Of a stretch of 64,000 bases of DNA, positions 29,508 to 37,580 are shown in pieces; the stretch's first letter is position 1, and each line of letters starts with the position of its first letter. The notes beneath the pieces were generated by a model. That model searched no databases, was not told where the DNA came from, and worked only from the letters and a program-made list of their open reading frames with translations. The position numbers were made by a program, and so were the translations under genes. Source of the stretch: Candidatus Foliamicus sp. (GTDB lineage: Bacteria > Pseudomonadota > Gammaproteobacteria > Steroidobacterales > Foliamicaceae). Where the stretch lies: positions 419,095-483,094 of the forward strand of contig OZ252226.1 in assembly GCA_965249285.1 (NCBI GenBank). The letters are read 5' to 3'.

Positions 29508-30111
29508 GCTTATCGCCCATGAACTCCTCCATGGATACATGTCCTTCCTTGGACACGTGATCTTGCCGTATAACCTTCCATAGCGTTACCGCAATAATGC
29601 GGAGATCAAAGAAGAACGAATAGTGATCCACATACCAGCAATCCAATTTGAACCGATCATGCCAACTGACATTGTTGCGGCCATGGATTTGCGCCCATCC
29701 GGTGATGCCGGGACGGATATCCAAACGTCGCCTTTGATCAAGTGAATACCGATCAAGATATCTGTCACGCAGAGGGCGCGGACCCACAAGGCTCATCTCA
29801 CCTCTGAGCACATTCACCAACTCCGGCAGTTCGTCCAAACTCGTTCGGCGCAAGAACATGCCGAATCGGCCAAGCCTTTCGGCATCATGCAATGGTTGGC
29901 CCTGAGCATCGCTGGCATTCGTCATCGTGCGAAACTTGATAATTTCGAATGGCGCGCCATGTATTCCCGAGCGACGTTGTCTGAATAGACATGGTTTGCC
30001 TAGCATGGTCCGAATGCTAGCGGCCACGACGAGCATGACCGGCAAACAGATCGCAAAGGCGAAACCTCCCAACGCCACATCGAATAGGCGTTTGCCAAAT
30101 GTCCGATACAT
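29500..30111 (-). CDS. Small polyprenyl-phosphate sugar phosphotransferase (PglC/WbaP C-domain type), initiating enzyme
   Basis: MYRTFGKRLFDVALGGFAF...FRQRRSGIHGAPFEIIKFRTM...LDELPELVNVLRGEMSLVGPRPL. Start placed at the ATG at 30111. Confidence 0.85.
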   Translation of the reverse strand: MYRTFGKRLFDVALGGFAFAICLPVMLVVAASIRTMLGKPCLFRQRRSGIHGAPFEIIKFRTMTNASDAQGQPLHDAERLGRFGMFLRRTSLDELPELVNVLRGEMSLVGPRPLRDRYLDRYSLDQRRRLDIRPGITGWAQIHGRNNVSWHDRFKLDCWYVDHYSFFFDLRIIAVTLWKVIRQDHVSKEGHVSMEEFMGDKHD

Positions 30112-30378
30112 ACAGGGAATCGCTATCCCCGCCCTATGGAATGTGGGTGGGAACGACGTAGTGAGGGATGGAAGGATGTCCCACTTGGGGAACTGTTCGC
30201 ACGCAGCGTGACGTTTTCGTTGACCCCCATCCACACTCCTCCCCGATGCACACAAGACGTGGACGGCATCCACGTCAATTGGTATTTCCAAAACCAGATG
30301 GATCCGTTATCAATGTAACGTCGGGAATTCCACCATCTCAAACGGCGATTGTCAAATATCCGTCTTGTCCCGCCTTAG

Positions 30379-31549
30379 GGAAGGTCTGATTAAGTCTCCT
30401 TTGCGATAATAGCGACATGGAACGGTTGGGGGTGCTGTGGATATGGAGCAAGCGACCTTTTCGGAGTTGGAGCACGATTTAAAGAAGCGGCGGACGCGGC
30501 GGGAGTTGTTCCTGGCAAGGATGGAGGAGTTGATTCCGTGGGAGCGTCTTGAAGCGCGGATCGAGCCGTTCTATCCGAAGGCGGGTCGTGGCCGGCGACA
30601 GTATCCGCTGGGGACAATGCTGCGGGTTCACTGCGTGCAGTTGTTCTACAACCTGAGTGATCCGGGGATGGAGGACTTGCTGTATGAGGTGGAGTCGGTG
30701 CGCCGCTTTGCGGGTTTGCGTCTGACGGGTTCGCTGCCGGACGAGACGACGATCCTGAACTTCCGGCACCTGCTGGAGAGGCATGGTCTTGGGGAGGGGT
30801 TGTTTGCGGAGATCAACGCGCACCTTGAGTCGCTGGGTCATCGGCTGAAGCGCGGCACGATCGTGGATGCGAGCCTCATCGACGCGCCGAGTTCGACGAA
30901 GAACAAAGACCGGGCGCGGGACCCGGAGATGCACCAGACGCGCAAGGGCAAGCAGTGGTACTTTGGCATGAAGGCGCACATCGGGGTGGACTCGGAGTCC
31001 GGGCTGACGCACGAGTTGGCGACGACGGCGGCGAACGGCTCGGACGTGACGCATGCGCACCTGGTGCTGCACGGCGCCGAGACCGAGGTGTGGGGCGATG
31101 CCGGCTACCAGGGGGTGGGCAAGCGCGCCGAGAACGCCGGGCGGGAGGCTGCGTGGCATGTGGCGATGAAGGCGGGCCGGCGCCGCCGGCTCGACAAGTC
31201 GGGACCGGAGGAGGCGCAGGAGAAACACAAGGCGTCGGTGCGAGCGAAGGTGGAGCATCCGTTCCTGTACGTGAAGCGCCGCTTCGGCTACCGCAAGGTG
31301 CGTTACAGGGGTCTGGCGAAGAACACGCAGCGCATCGCGATGCTGCTCGGGTTCACGAACCTGTTGATCGCCGGCAGGTACGCGGTGACCTGACATGGGA
31401 TTGGTGTGTTCGGCAATCGCCCGCGGCGCCGAAAACCGCTGGCGAATCACACCTTTTGCACCGTTTTGGTGCAAAACCCGCCCGCGGGCCGCCGTGAGAA
31501 CCGTCGTCGAGTATCTCGGGGCCAATGTCGGCCGTTGTTCAGACCTTCC
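30379..31549 (+). mobile_element. IS5-family (IS5 group) insertion sequence
   Basis: Terminal inverted repeats GGAAGGTCTGA (30379-) and TCAGACCTTCC (-31549). 4-bp target duplication TTAG (30375-30378 and 31550-31553). One transposase gene. Confidence 0.9.
30437..31393 (+). CDS. IS5-family transposase
   Basis: 318 aa. ...LIPWERLEARIEPFYPKAGRGRRQYPLGTMLRVHCVQLFYNLSDPGMED...IVDASLIDAPSSTKN...WGDAGYQG...VEHPFLYVKRRFGYRKVRYRGLAKN. Confidence 0.9.
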   Translation: MDMEQATFSELEHDLKKRRTRRELFLARMEELIPWERLEARIEPFYPKAGRGRRQYPLGTMLRVHCVQLFYNLSDPGMEDLLYEVESVRRFAGLRLTGSLPDETTILNFRHLLERHGLGEGLFAEINAHLESLGHRLKRGTIVDASLIDAPSSTKNKDRARDPEMHQTRKGKQWYFGMKAHIGVDSESGLTHELATTAANGSDVTHAHLVLHGAETEVWGDAGYQGVGKRAENAGREAAWHVAMKAGRRRRLDKSGPEEAQEKHKASVRAKVEHPFLYVKRRFGYRKVRYRGLAKNTQRIAMLLGFTNLLIAGRYAVT

Positions 31550-31625
31550 TTAGTGATTCCAACAGTACCCTCGTAGAATCTATGCGACAGCGATTTGCTT
31601 CACAGTTGGTTCGCTGCTACAAAAA

Positions 31626-32879
31626 TTGTCTAAACTCCTCTACGACATTTTGCTGCTCTTGGCATTGCCCTGGGTGTGGGCACGGTTGTTCGTGAAGGCG
31701 CGCCGGGAGCCAGCCTACCGGGAACGCATCGGAGAACGCTTCGGCTTTACGCCTGCCGGGGTGTCGGCCGGAGTGATCTGGTTTCACACGGTCTCGGCCG
31801 GCGAGACGAACGCCGCCGCCCCGGTTATCCGCGCCGTGAAGGATCGGCTGCCGGGTGAAACGATCCTGGTGACGACCATGACGCCCAGCGGCAGCACGCG
31901 GGTACGCACGCTGTTGGGCGACATCGTCGAACACTGCTATGTGCCCTTCGACTACCCGTGGGCGGTGGGGCGCTTCCTCGCGCGCGTTCGACCGAAGGCC
32001 CTGGTGCTCATGGAGACGGAGTTGTGGCCCAACTTGGTCGCGCAAACCGCTGGCGGCGGCGCCGCAGTGTATCTGGTAAACGCGCGCCTGTCGGCGCGTG
32101 CCCATCGCGGCTACCGGCGTATCGCGCCGCTAACACGGCGCATGCTGCGGTGTCTCGACCGGATCGTCTGTCAGTACGAGGACACCGCGGAGCGGTTCCG
32201 GTCGCTGGGCGCGGCTGCGGTGGAAGTCACGGGTAGCGTGAAATTCGACGCCGAGTTGTCGCCGGACCCGTTCAGCTTCAGCGACCCCGGCTTCGGCGAC
32301 GCACCGGTGTGGATCGCCGGCAGCACCCATCCTGGCGAGGAAGAGATCATCTTAGACGCCCACCTCCGGCTGCTGGACAAGCACTCGGATCTGCGCCTGA
32401 TCGTCGCCCCGCGACACCCTGAACGGGCGCCGGGAGTCGCCCGTCTCTTTGCGGATCGCGGCATGTCGGTCGGCTTACTTTCGGAGCGCGCCCGTGGAGC
32501 GCAGGTGCTGATCGGCGACGTCATGGGAACCCTGGCGCACCTGTACGGTTTTGCGGACGTGGCCTTTGTGGGCGGCAGCTTGGACGAGACCGGCGGCCAC
32601 AACCCCATCGAAGCGGCCGCGCACGGCATGCCCGTCATAATGGGTCCGGCACGGTTCAAGATCGAGGAAATCTGCGCACGTTTCGAGGCCGCGGGCTGCT
32701 TCCACCCGATAGCCGGCGCCGATGACTTGGCTCGCGTCGTGGGCCAATTGCTCGCCGATCTGGACCGGCGCGTCCGCGAAGGTCGCCTGGCGCGGGTCGT
32801 AGTCGAACGCAACCGCGGCGCCCGACAAGCGCTGGTGGACAGGCTTTGCGAATGGCTCGGTGAGGCGTCGGGGGCCTGA
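31626..32879 (+). CDS. waaA: 3-deoxy-D-manno-octulosonic acid (Kdo) transferase
   Basis: LLYDILLLLALPWVWARLFVKARREPAYRERIGERFGF...WFHTVSAGETNAAAPVIRA...VTTMTPSGS...METELWPNLV is collinear with WaaA/KdtA from residue 1. TTG start. Confidence 0.9.
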   Translation: MSKLLYDILLLLALPWVWARLFVKARREPAYRERIGERFGFTPAGVSAGVIWFHTVSAGETNAAAPVIRAVKDRLPGETILVTTMTPSGSTRVRTLLGDIVEHCYVPFDYPWAVGRFLARVRPKALVLMETELWPNLVAQTAGGGAAVYLVNARLSARAHRGYRRIAPLTRRMLRCLDRIVCQYEDTAERFRSLGAAAVEVTGSVKFDAELSPDPFSFSDPGFGDAPVWIAGSTHPGEEEIILDAHLRLLDKHSDLRLIVAPRHPERAPGVARLFADRGMSVGLLSERARGAQVLIGDVMGTLAHLYGFADVAFVGGSLDETGGHNPIEAAAHGMPVIMGPARFKIEEICARFEAAGCFHPIAGADDLARVVGQLLADLDRRVREGRLARVVVERNRGARQALVDRLCEWLGEASGA

Positions 32880-32979
32880 GGACTCAAATTATCGGGTGTT
32901 CAAGGCCGAGCACAGATCGAGCTTACGTGACTCTTGAAGCGGGGCAACTTCTAGCAGACGCTGGCGGGAAGGGAAGTGG

Positions 32980-33233
32980 ACTTTGCGGAGACGGACCGGC
33001 GCGCCGACCCCGGTCCGTCTCCGCTCGACGCACCCATCGGCGCAAAGTCTCCGTTGTGCAGCCAAACTTCTCCGCAATGGAAATCATCGCCGACCACTGC
33101 GAGGAACACTCCCCTTCCTGCTCGAACACCAGCCGCACCGCCCGTTCCCGTACCTCGGGAGAATATCTCGTTCTTCTGTCCATCGCTCCATCCTCTCAAA
33201 TAATGGAGCCTCCGGGAAAGCCGGGGCGGTTCA
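32980..33233 (-). mobile_element. IS3-family remnant (left terminus plus 5' two-thirds of OrfA)
   Basis: Terminus TGAACCGCCCCGGCTTTCCCGGAGGCTCCAT (minus strand, from 33233). OrfA begins MDRRTRYSPEVRERAVRLVFEQ...ETLRRWVRRAETDRG and then loses homology. No OrfB. Confidence 0.7.
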
Positions 33234-33238
33234 AGTAG

Positions 33239-34104
33239 CTAGAAGCCATCTCATAAATACAAGAGGTTATGTTACTGTGTTGATCCCGATTGTGAAGATA
33301 ATCGGAGATTCTCATGACACACGACCTCGCCGATGCTCAGTGGGCCTTCATCGAACCGTTGCTTCCCGAACTGCCCCGGCGCGCCGATGGGCGCGGACGC
33401 CCCTGGCGTGACTCGCGGGAGGTGCTGAACGGGATCCTGTGGATTTTGCGCACCGGCGCGCAATGGTCGGAAATGCCGAGCCGCTATCCGCCGTATCAAA
33501 CCTGCCATCGCCGATTTCAGCAATGGCGCCGGGCCGGCGTCATGGATCGACTGCTGCGCGCCTTGGCCCAGGACTTGGAGCGGCGGGGTAAGATCAAGCT
33601 CGACGAATGCTTCGTCGATGGCAGCTTCAGCGCCGCCAAAAAGGGGGCGCTGGCGTCGGTAAAACCAAGCGGGGCAAGGGCTGCAAGGTCATGGCAATTG
33701 CAGACCGCTGTGGTCTTCCTGTCGCCCTATGCACGGGCAGCGCTTCGCCGCACGAGACCCGATTCGTGCAGGACCTGATCCGCGGCTGCGTCACCCAGGG
33801 CCGACCCGACAAACTCATCGGCGACAAAGCCTACGACAGCGATCCGCTAGACCGGGAGTGCGAAGCGTTGGGCGTGACGCTGATTGCCCCGCACAGGCGC
33901 AATCGCACCAAGCCGAAGACCCAGGACGGGCGCCCATTGCGGCGCTACAAGCGACGCTGGAAGGTGGAGCGCTTGTTCGCATGGCTACAAAACTATCGCC
34001 GACTGATTACTCGGTTCGAATATTATGTTGAAAACTTCCTGGCCTTTCTTCAACTCGCCGCGTTCATGATTCTGGCCAAAAAATATTTGTGAGATGGCTT
34101 CTAG
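33239..34104 (+). mobile_element. IS5-family (IS427/IS1031-like) insertion sequence
   Basis: Perfect 14-bp inverted repeats CTAGAAGCCATCTC (33239-33252) and GAGATGGCTTCTAG (34091-34104). This is compatible with a TA duplication in a CTAG target. Confidence 0.85.
33314..34092 (+). CDS. IS5-family transposase made from two overlapping frames (-1 frame change in an A5G5 run)
   Basis: Frame 1: MTHDLADAQWAFIEPLLPE...GRPWRDSREVLNGILWILRTGAQWSEMP...FQQWRRAGV...DGSFSAAKK. Frame 2 (-1) continues GGAGVGKTKRGKG.KVMAIADRCGLP...IGDKAYDSD...RWKVERLFAWLQNYRRL. The run aaaaaggggg is at 33638-33647. Confidence 0.85.
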
Positions 34105-34137
34105 TGTTATTCCAGAAATATAGCTAATATTATATTT

Positions 34138-35550
34138 CGCCACTTCCACTCCGAAGTGCAACACCTGTCAGGCGGTGATTTCTCTCCTGAGTTGGAGCGC
34201 AGCATAGCACCCGGTGGGGTTCGGGCGGTGCTTTTCGGAGTGAGGGCGTAGCCCGAGCGGAGAAACGCACCGCCCGGGACCCGGTTTCGGCGCCGCGGTG
34301 GCCCGCTGAGCCGCCCGCCCGTCACCCGAACACAGCAAAACCGCCCGCCGCCCGGGAAGGCCGCGGACGGGACCGGCAGGCCGATCAAGCCAGCCCCGCC
34401 GGCGGATCCGGCCCCGCCAGCGCCGCCGCGCCGAGAAATGCACGGGAAACACCAGCCGCCTCCAGGGCCTCGCCAAACACTTCCGCCGGCGTGCGGTAGT
34501 CCAGAACCCGGCGCGGACGGCCGTTGAGGAGATCCTGCACCCGCCTCACCCGAGCGTCGCCCAGGCCGGTGAAGTCCGTCGCCTTGGGCAAATATTGCCG
34601 AACCAGGCCGTTGGTGTGCTCGTTCAGCCCGCGCTCCCAGGAATGGTAGGGCCTGGCAAACAAAAACCCCGCCGACAAGCCGACCGCAATCGCCCGGTGG
34701 CCGGCAAACTCCTTGCCGTTGTCCGCCGTCAAAGTGCGCGCCAGCGCCGACAGCGGCCCCAGGCGCGCCAGGATCGCGCCCCCAACCGCCAACGATGTCC
34801 GGTGCGCAACGCGCTGCAGAAACACAAACTTCGAGCACCGGTCCACCATCGACACCAGCGCCCCCCGGCCCCGCGCCCCAATGATCGTGTCCAATTCCCA
34901 GTCGCCCACGCGGCGCTTCAACTCCACCACCGCCGGACGCTCCGCAATGTCCACCCGGCCCGGGATCACGCCCCGCCCCGCACCACTCCGACCCCGGCGG
35001 TTGGCCTTCTTGCCGCGCCGCCGAAGGTTCCGATACAGCGTCCCGCCATTCGCACGATCGTTCCACACCTGACGGTAAATCCACGTCTTGCCAACCAACG
35101 GCCCGCCTTGAAGCCGCAATCGGCCGGCGATCTGCTGCGGACTCCACTGCCGCCTCAACCGCGCCTCAATCCGACTCCATAATCCCTCCGTCAGCTTGCG
35201 CGGGCGCGAGGACGCCTGCCGCCGGCGCACCTCCGAGAACCGTTGCGCCTGCTTCATCCGGTAGCCCCGAAGCCCACCGTTGCGCCGCAACTCGCGGCTC
35301 ACCGTCGAGGCCGACACCTCCAGCGCGCGCGATACGCCCCGGACCGACATGCCGCTTCTCTTCAGCGCGTAAATCTGGCATCGTGACCCGTAGGTCAGGT
35401 GATGGTAGCCATCGGCCATCGGATACCCTCCTTCTTCGATATCGGAGAGTATCGCCATCACCTGGCCGCTTCTCAACTCCAGGCAGCCAAACCGCCTATC
35501 CCTTACGGGACAACGGCTCTCATGTGTTGCACTTCATAGTGGAACGGGCG
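34138..35550 (-). mobile_element. IS30-family insertion sequence, copy B
   Basis: Same termini as copy A (CGCCACTTCCACTCCGAAGTGCAACAC ... GTGTTGCACTTCATAGTGGAACGGGCG). 3-bp direct repeat TTT (34135-34137 and 35551-35553). Confidence 0.9.
34385..35476 (-). CDS. IS30-family transposase
   Basis: 363 aa. Collinear with the copy A transposase, with scattered substitutions throughout. Confidence 0.9.
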   Translation of the reverse strand: MRSGQVMAILSDIEEGGYPMADGYHHLTYGSRCQIYALKRSGMSVRGVSRALEVSASTVSRELRRNGGLRGYRMKQAQRFSEVRRRQASSRPRKLTEGLWSRIEARLRRQWSPQQIAGRLRLQGGPLVGKTWIYRQVWNDRANGGTLYRNLRRRGKKANRRGRSGAGRGVIPGRVDIAERPAVVELKRRVGDWELDTIIGARGRGALVSMVDRCSKFVFLQRVAHRTSLAVGGAILARLGPLSALARTLTADNGKEFAGHRAIAVGLSAGFLFARPYHSWERGLNEHTNGLVRQYLPKATDFTGLGDARVRRVQDLLNGRPRRVLDYRTPAEVFGEALEAAGVSRAFLGAAALAGPDPPAGLA

Positions 35551-35774
35551 TTTCTTAAAGTTTTAGTCGAATTGCAATCCAATGCCGTAGCGTTTTGCTT
35601 AAGGATATCCACCTGGCCGAGCTTGCCGATAACGGCTTCGTACGCGCCCGGCTCCCTTGGCGCGAAAACCCGGGCCCCGCCCTGCCATGCTGTGTAGGCA
35701 TAGCCGTGCAGCTTCAGGACCGAGTCGTAAGCGATGACGCCGCCGGATTGCAGCCAGGAATGCGTGATGTTGAT

Positions 35775-35802
35775 TTGTTACAAATGTTGAAATCTGTACA
35801 AT
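35775..35802 (+). promoter_or_regulatory. Sigma70-like promoter upstream of the Phd/RelE operon
   Basis: TTGTTA (35775-35780), a 16-nt spacer, then TACAAT (35797-35802). RBS GAGGAAA ahead of the ATG at 35825. Confidence 0.35.
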
Positions 35803-35824
35803 ACGCACATATTGAGGAAATCCT

Positions 35825-36082
35825 ATGTCCAACCTGTTGCCCATCACCGAGATTCGCGAGAGATTTGCGGAAATTACCGGTCGCGTGCAGTTCGCCGGCG
35901 AGCGTTTTGCGATTCAGAAGCATGGCAAGACGGTTGCCGCGTTGGTACCGCCTTCCGATCTTGAGGCCTTGAAGACGCTTGAGGATCGGCTCGACCTGCT
36001 TGATGCTCTCGAAGCCCTTACGGATTATCGGGAGAATGGCGGAATCAGCCTTGAGGAAATAAAAGCGGACCTTGGTCTTTGA
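35825..36082 (+). CDS. Phd/YefM-family antitoxin
   Basis: MSNLLPITEIRERFAEITGRVQFAGERFAIQKHGKTVAALVPPSDLEAL. Confidence 0.85.
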   Translation: MSNLLPITEIRERFAEITGRVQFAGERFAIQKHGKTVAALVPPSDLEALKTLEDRLDLLDALEALTDYRENGGISLEEIKADLGL

Positions 36083-36360
36083 CCTACCGCATAGTTTTCT
36101 CACGGGCAGCGGCGAAAGACCTTGGCCGCATCTCCAATCAATCAACGCTTCGACGGCTTATTCTCGCGATAGAGGCTTTAGCGGACAACCCGCGTCCCGC
36201 TGGCGCCAGTAAGTTAAAGAGCGCAACGGCAATCCGGCGAGTCCGCCTGGGGGATTGGCGGGTGTGTTATTCGATCAAGGACGAGCAACTACTTGTGTTG
36301 GTGCTTGCAGCCGCCCGACGAGGTAATGTCTATGAGCGGCTCCGTCAACGCTTGAGATAG
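36079..36360 (+). CDS. RelE/ParE-family toxin
   Basis: YRIVFSRAAAKDLGRI...IEALADNPRPAGASKLKS...RRVRLGDWRVCYSIKDEQLLVLVLAAARRGNVY. The TTG start overlaps the antitoxin stop by 4 nt. Confidence 0.85.
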   Translation: MTYRIVFSRAAAKDLGRISNQSTLRRLILAIEALADNPRPAGASKLKSATAIRRVRLGDWRVCYSIKDEQLLVLVLAAARRGNVYERLRQRLR

Positions 36361-37007
36361 AAGGGCTACCGCCACTACCAGAGACTTTTCAATGGTTCGG
36401 GGGATCGGGCAGCGGCGTGGTCAGGAGCGGATGCGTCTTGGACATGGAGTCATGGTAGGCGTGAGCGGCGGAAGAGCGGGCTCACCGAGAATGCAACCCC
36501 CAAAGCGAAACCAGCATCAATATCTAGGAGGAAAAGTCTTGGAGGAGTGGAAGAAGTGAATTGTCAAAGACTTGCTGTAGCAAGCCTGAGGGTTTCCAGA
36601 ACCACAATGGCTTGGATTACGGGAGAACGGTCACGGACACGTGCGCGTGCGGTTCTCCTGGCCATGGGTATCTACTTGGTTTACGGATTATCCTTCGGTG
36701 CGACTGCACAGGGCGCGGGCATTCAGGCCGAACAAGGACTGGAGGGAAGTCGATGGTGAAGTGGCGCGCATCAACACCGGCCGCATGGGCTTTTTTGCCA
36801 AAGAAGCAAAGTACGGGGCGACCACTCGAATCGGGCGTCGATCGGACCGAAGACCGCCTTCCAGGGATCCCTTCGAGAATTTACGTAAGAGCACGCCCTG
36901 AGCGTCTGCTCGTTGTGATCTCTTAGCAGGTTGCTCATGGCACTTCCTGCTATGCTCGGGTCATAGCTCGGAAGGGTCTACCAAACCGGGGGCACTCCAT
37001 TGAAAGG

Positions 37008-37038
37008 ATGGAGCCTCCCGAAAAGCCGGGGCGATTCA
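37008..37038. repeat. Solo IS3-type terminal repeat (related to 33203-33233)
   Basis: atggagcctcccgaaaagccggggcgattca against atggagcctccgggaaagccggggcggttca: about 28 of 31 positions identical, same orientation. Similarity stops immediately inside the repeat. Confidence 0.55.
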
Positions 37039-37043
37039 ATCCA

Positions 37044-37460
37044 ATGATCTTTCGAACCTTTGTATGGTCGCTGTGGTTACCGATCAGCCTTGCCGTCGTT
37101 TTTTCTGTCGGCGATTTCTCATATGGCATCTACGATGAGCGACGGTTCGAACTATTTACATCGGCACTAGTGTCTTGGTTTCCGCTGATGTGGCTTCTGG
37201 GAATGCCGCTAACGCTTGCCGTGCAAATAATCCACCGCCGGTCCCGGATCTTGGCTTTCGCTGTCGCGGCGATCTGTGCGCCGATTTCGGTGACAGCCTA
37301 TTTCCTAAGCGTTCCACTGCCGAGTTTTGCGAACTCACTGTTCGGTGCGGCGCTCGCCTGGTTGGTTGTGATCTTATTGTTTCTGGCGATTCTGATCAGC
37401 CAGTTCTGCCGGCGCGCCATAAGGTGGAACAGGAATAACGGGTCGTTGGGATCGAATTAA
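37044..37460 (+). CDS. Small hydrophobic protein (about 4 TM), hypothetical
   Basis: MIFRTFVWSLWLPISLAVVFSV... with four hydrophobic stretches. No family recognised. The ORF-track start at 37008 lies inside the IS3-type repeat. Confidence 0.35.
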   Translation: MIFRTFVWSLWLPISLAVVFSVGDFSYGIYDERRFELFTSALVSWFPLMWLLGMPLTLAVQIIHRRSRILAFAVAAICAPISVTAYFLSVPLPSFANSLFGAALAWLVVILLFLAILISQFCRRAIRWNRNNGSLGSN

Positions 37461-37580
37461 GAGCCAATGAGGCAAAAAGTTCGCCGGAACGATTTTCCCC
37501 TATCCAGGCGGACCGAAATAGAGGGGAAAGATCGCATGGGATACTCTGGCAAGAGAACACCGAGGGGAAAGGACCACGCC

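Noticed and set aside
30479-31525. 348-aa ORF antisense to the IS5 transposase, plus the 180-aa ORF 30955-31497
   Set aside because: Shadow ORFs of the IS5 transposase with low-complexity Arg/Pro/Leu-rich translations. The transposase frame has clear family motifs.
35551-35760. Minus-strand open frame without a start codon (NITHSWLQSGGVIAYDSVLKLHGYAYTAW...) abutting IS30 copy B, possibly a gene fragment cut by the IS
   Set aside because: No start, no recognisable family motif, and the other side of the IS is another IS, so continuity cannot be tested. This is too weak to annotate.
36621-36702. Hairpin GGAGAAC...GTTCTCC and a nearby GTGCG, considered as group II intron domain V and a 5' end
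   Set aside because: The hairpin does not pair like domain V: there is no AGC triad or 2-nt bulge arrangement when folded by hand. The order is wrong, since the hairpin precedes the GTGCG. No reverse-transcriptase ORF is present.
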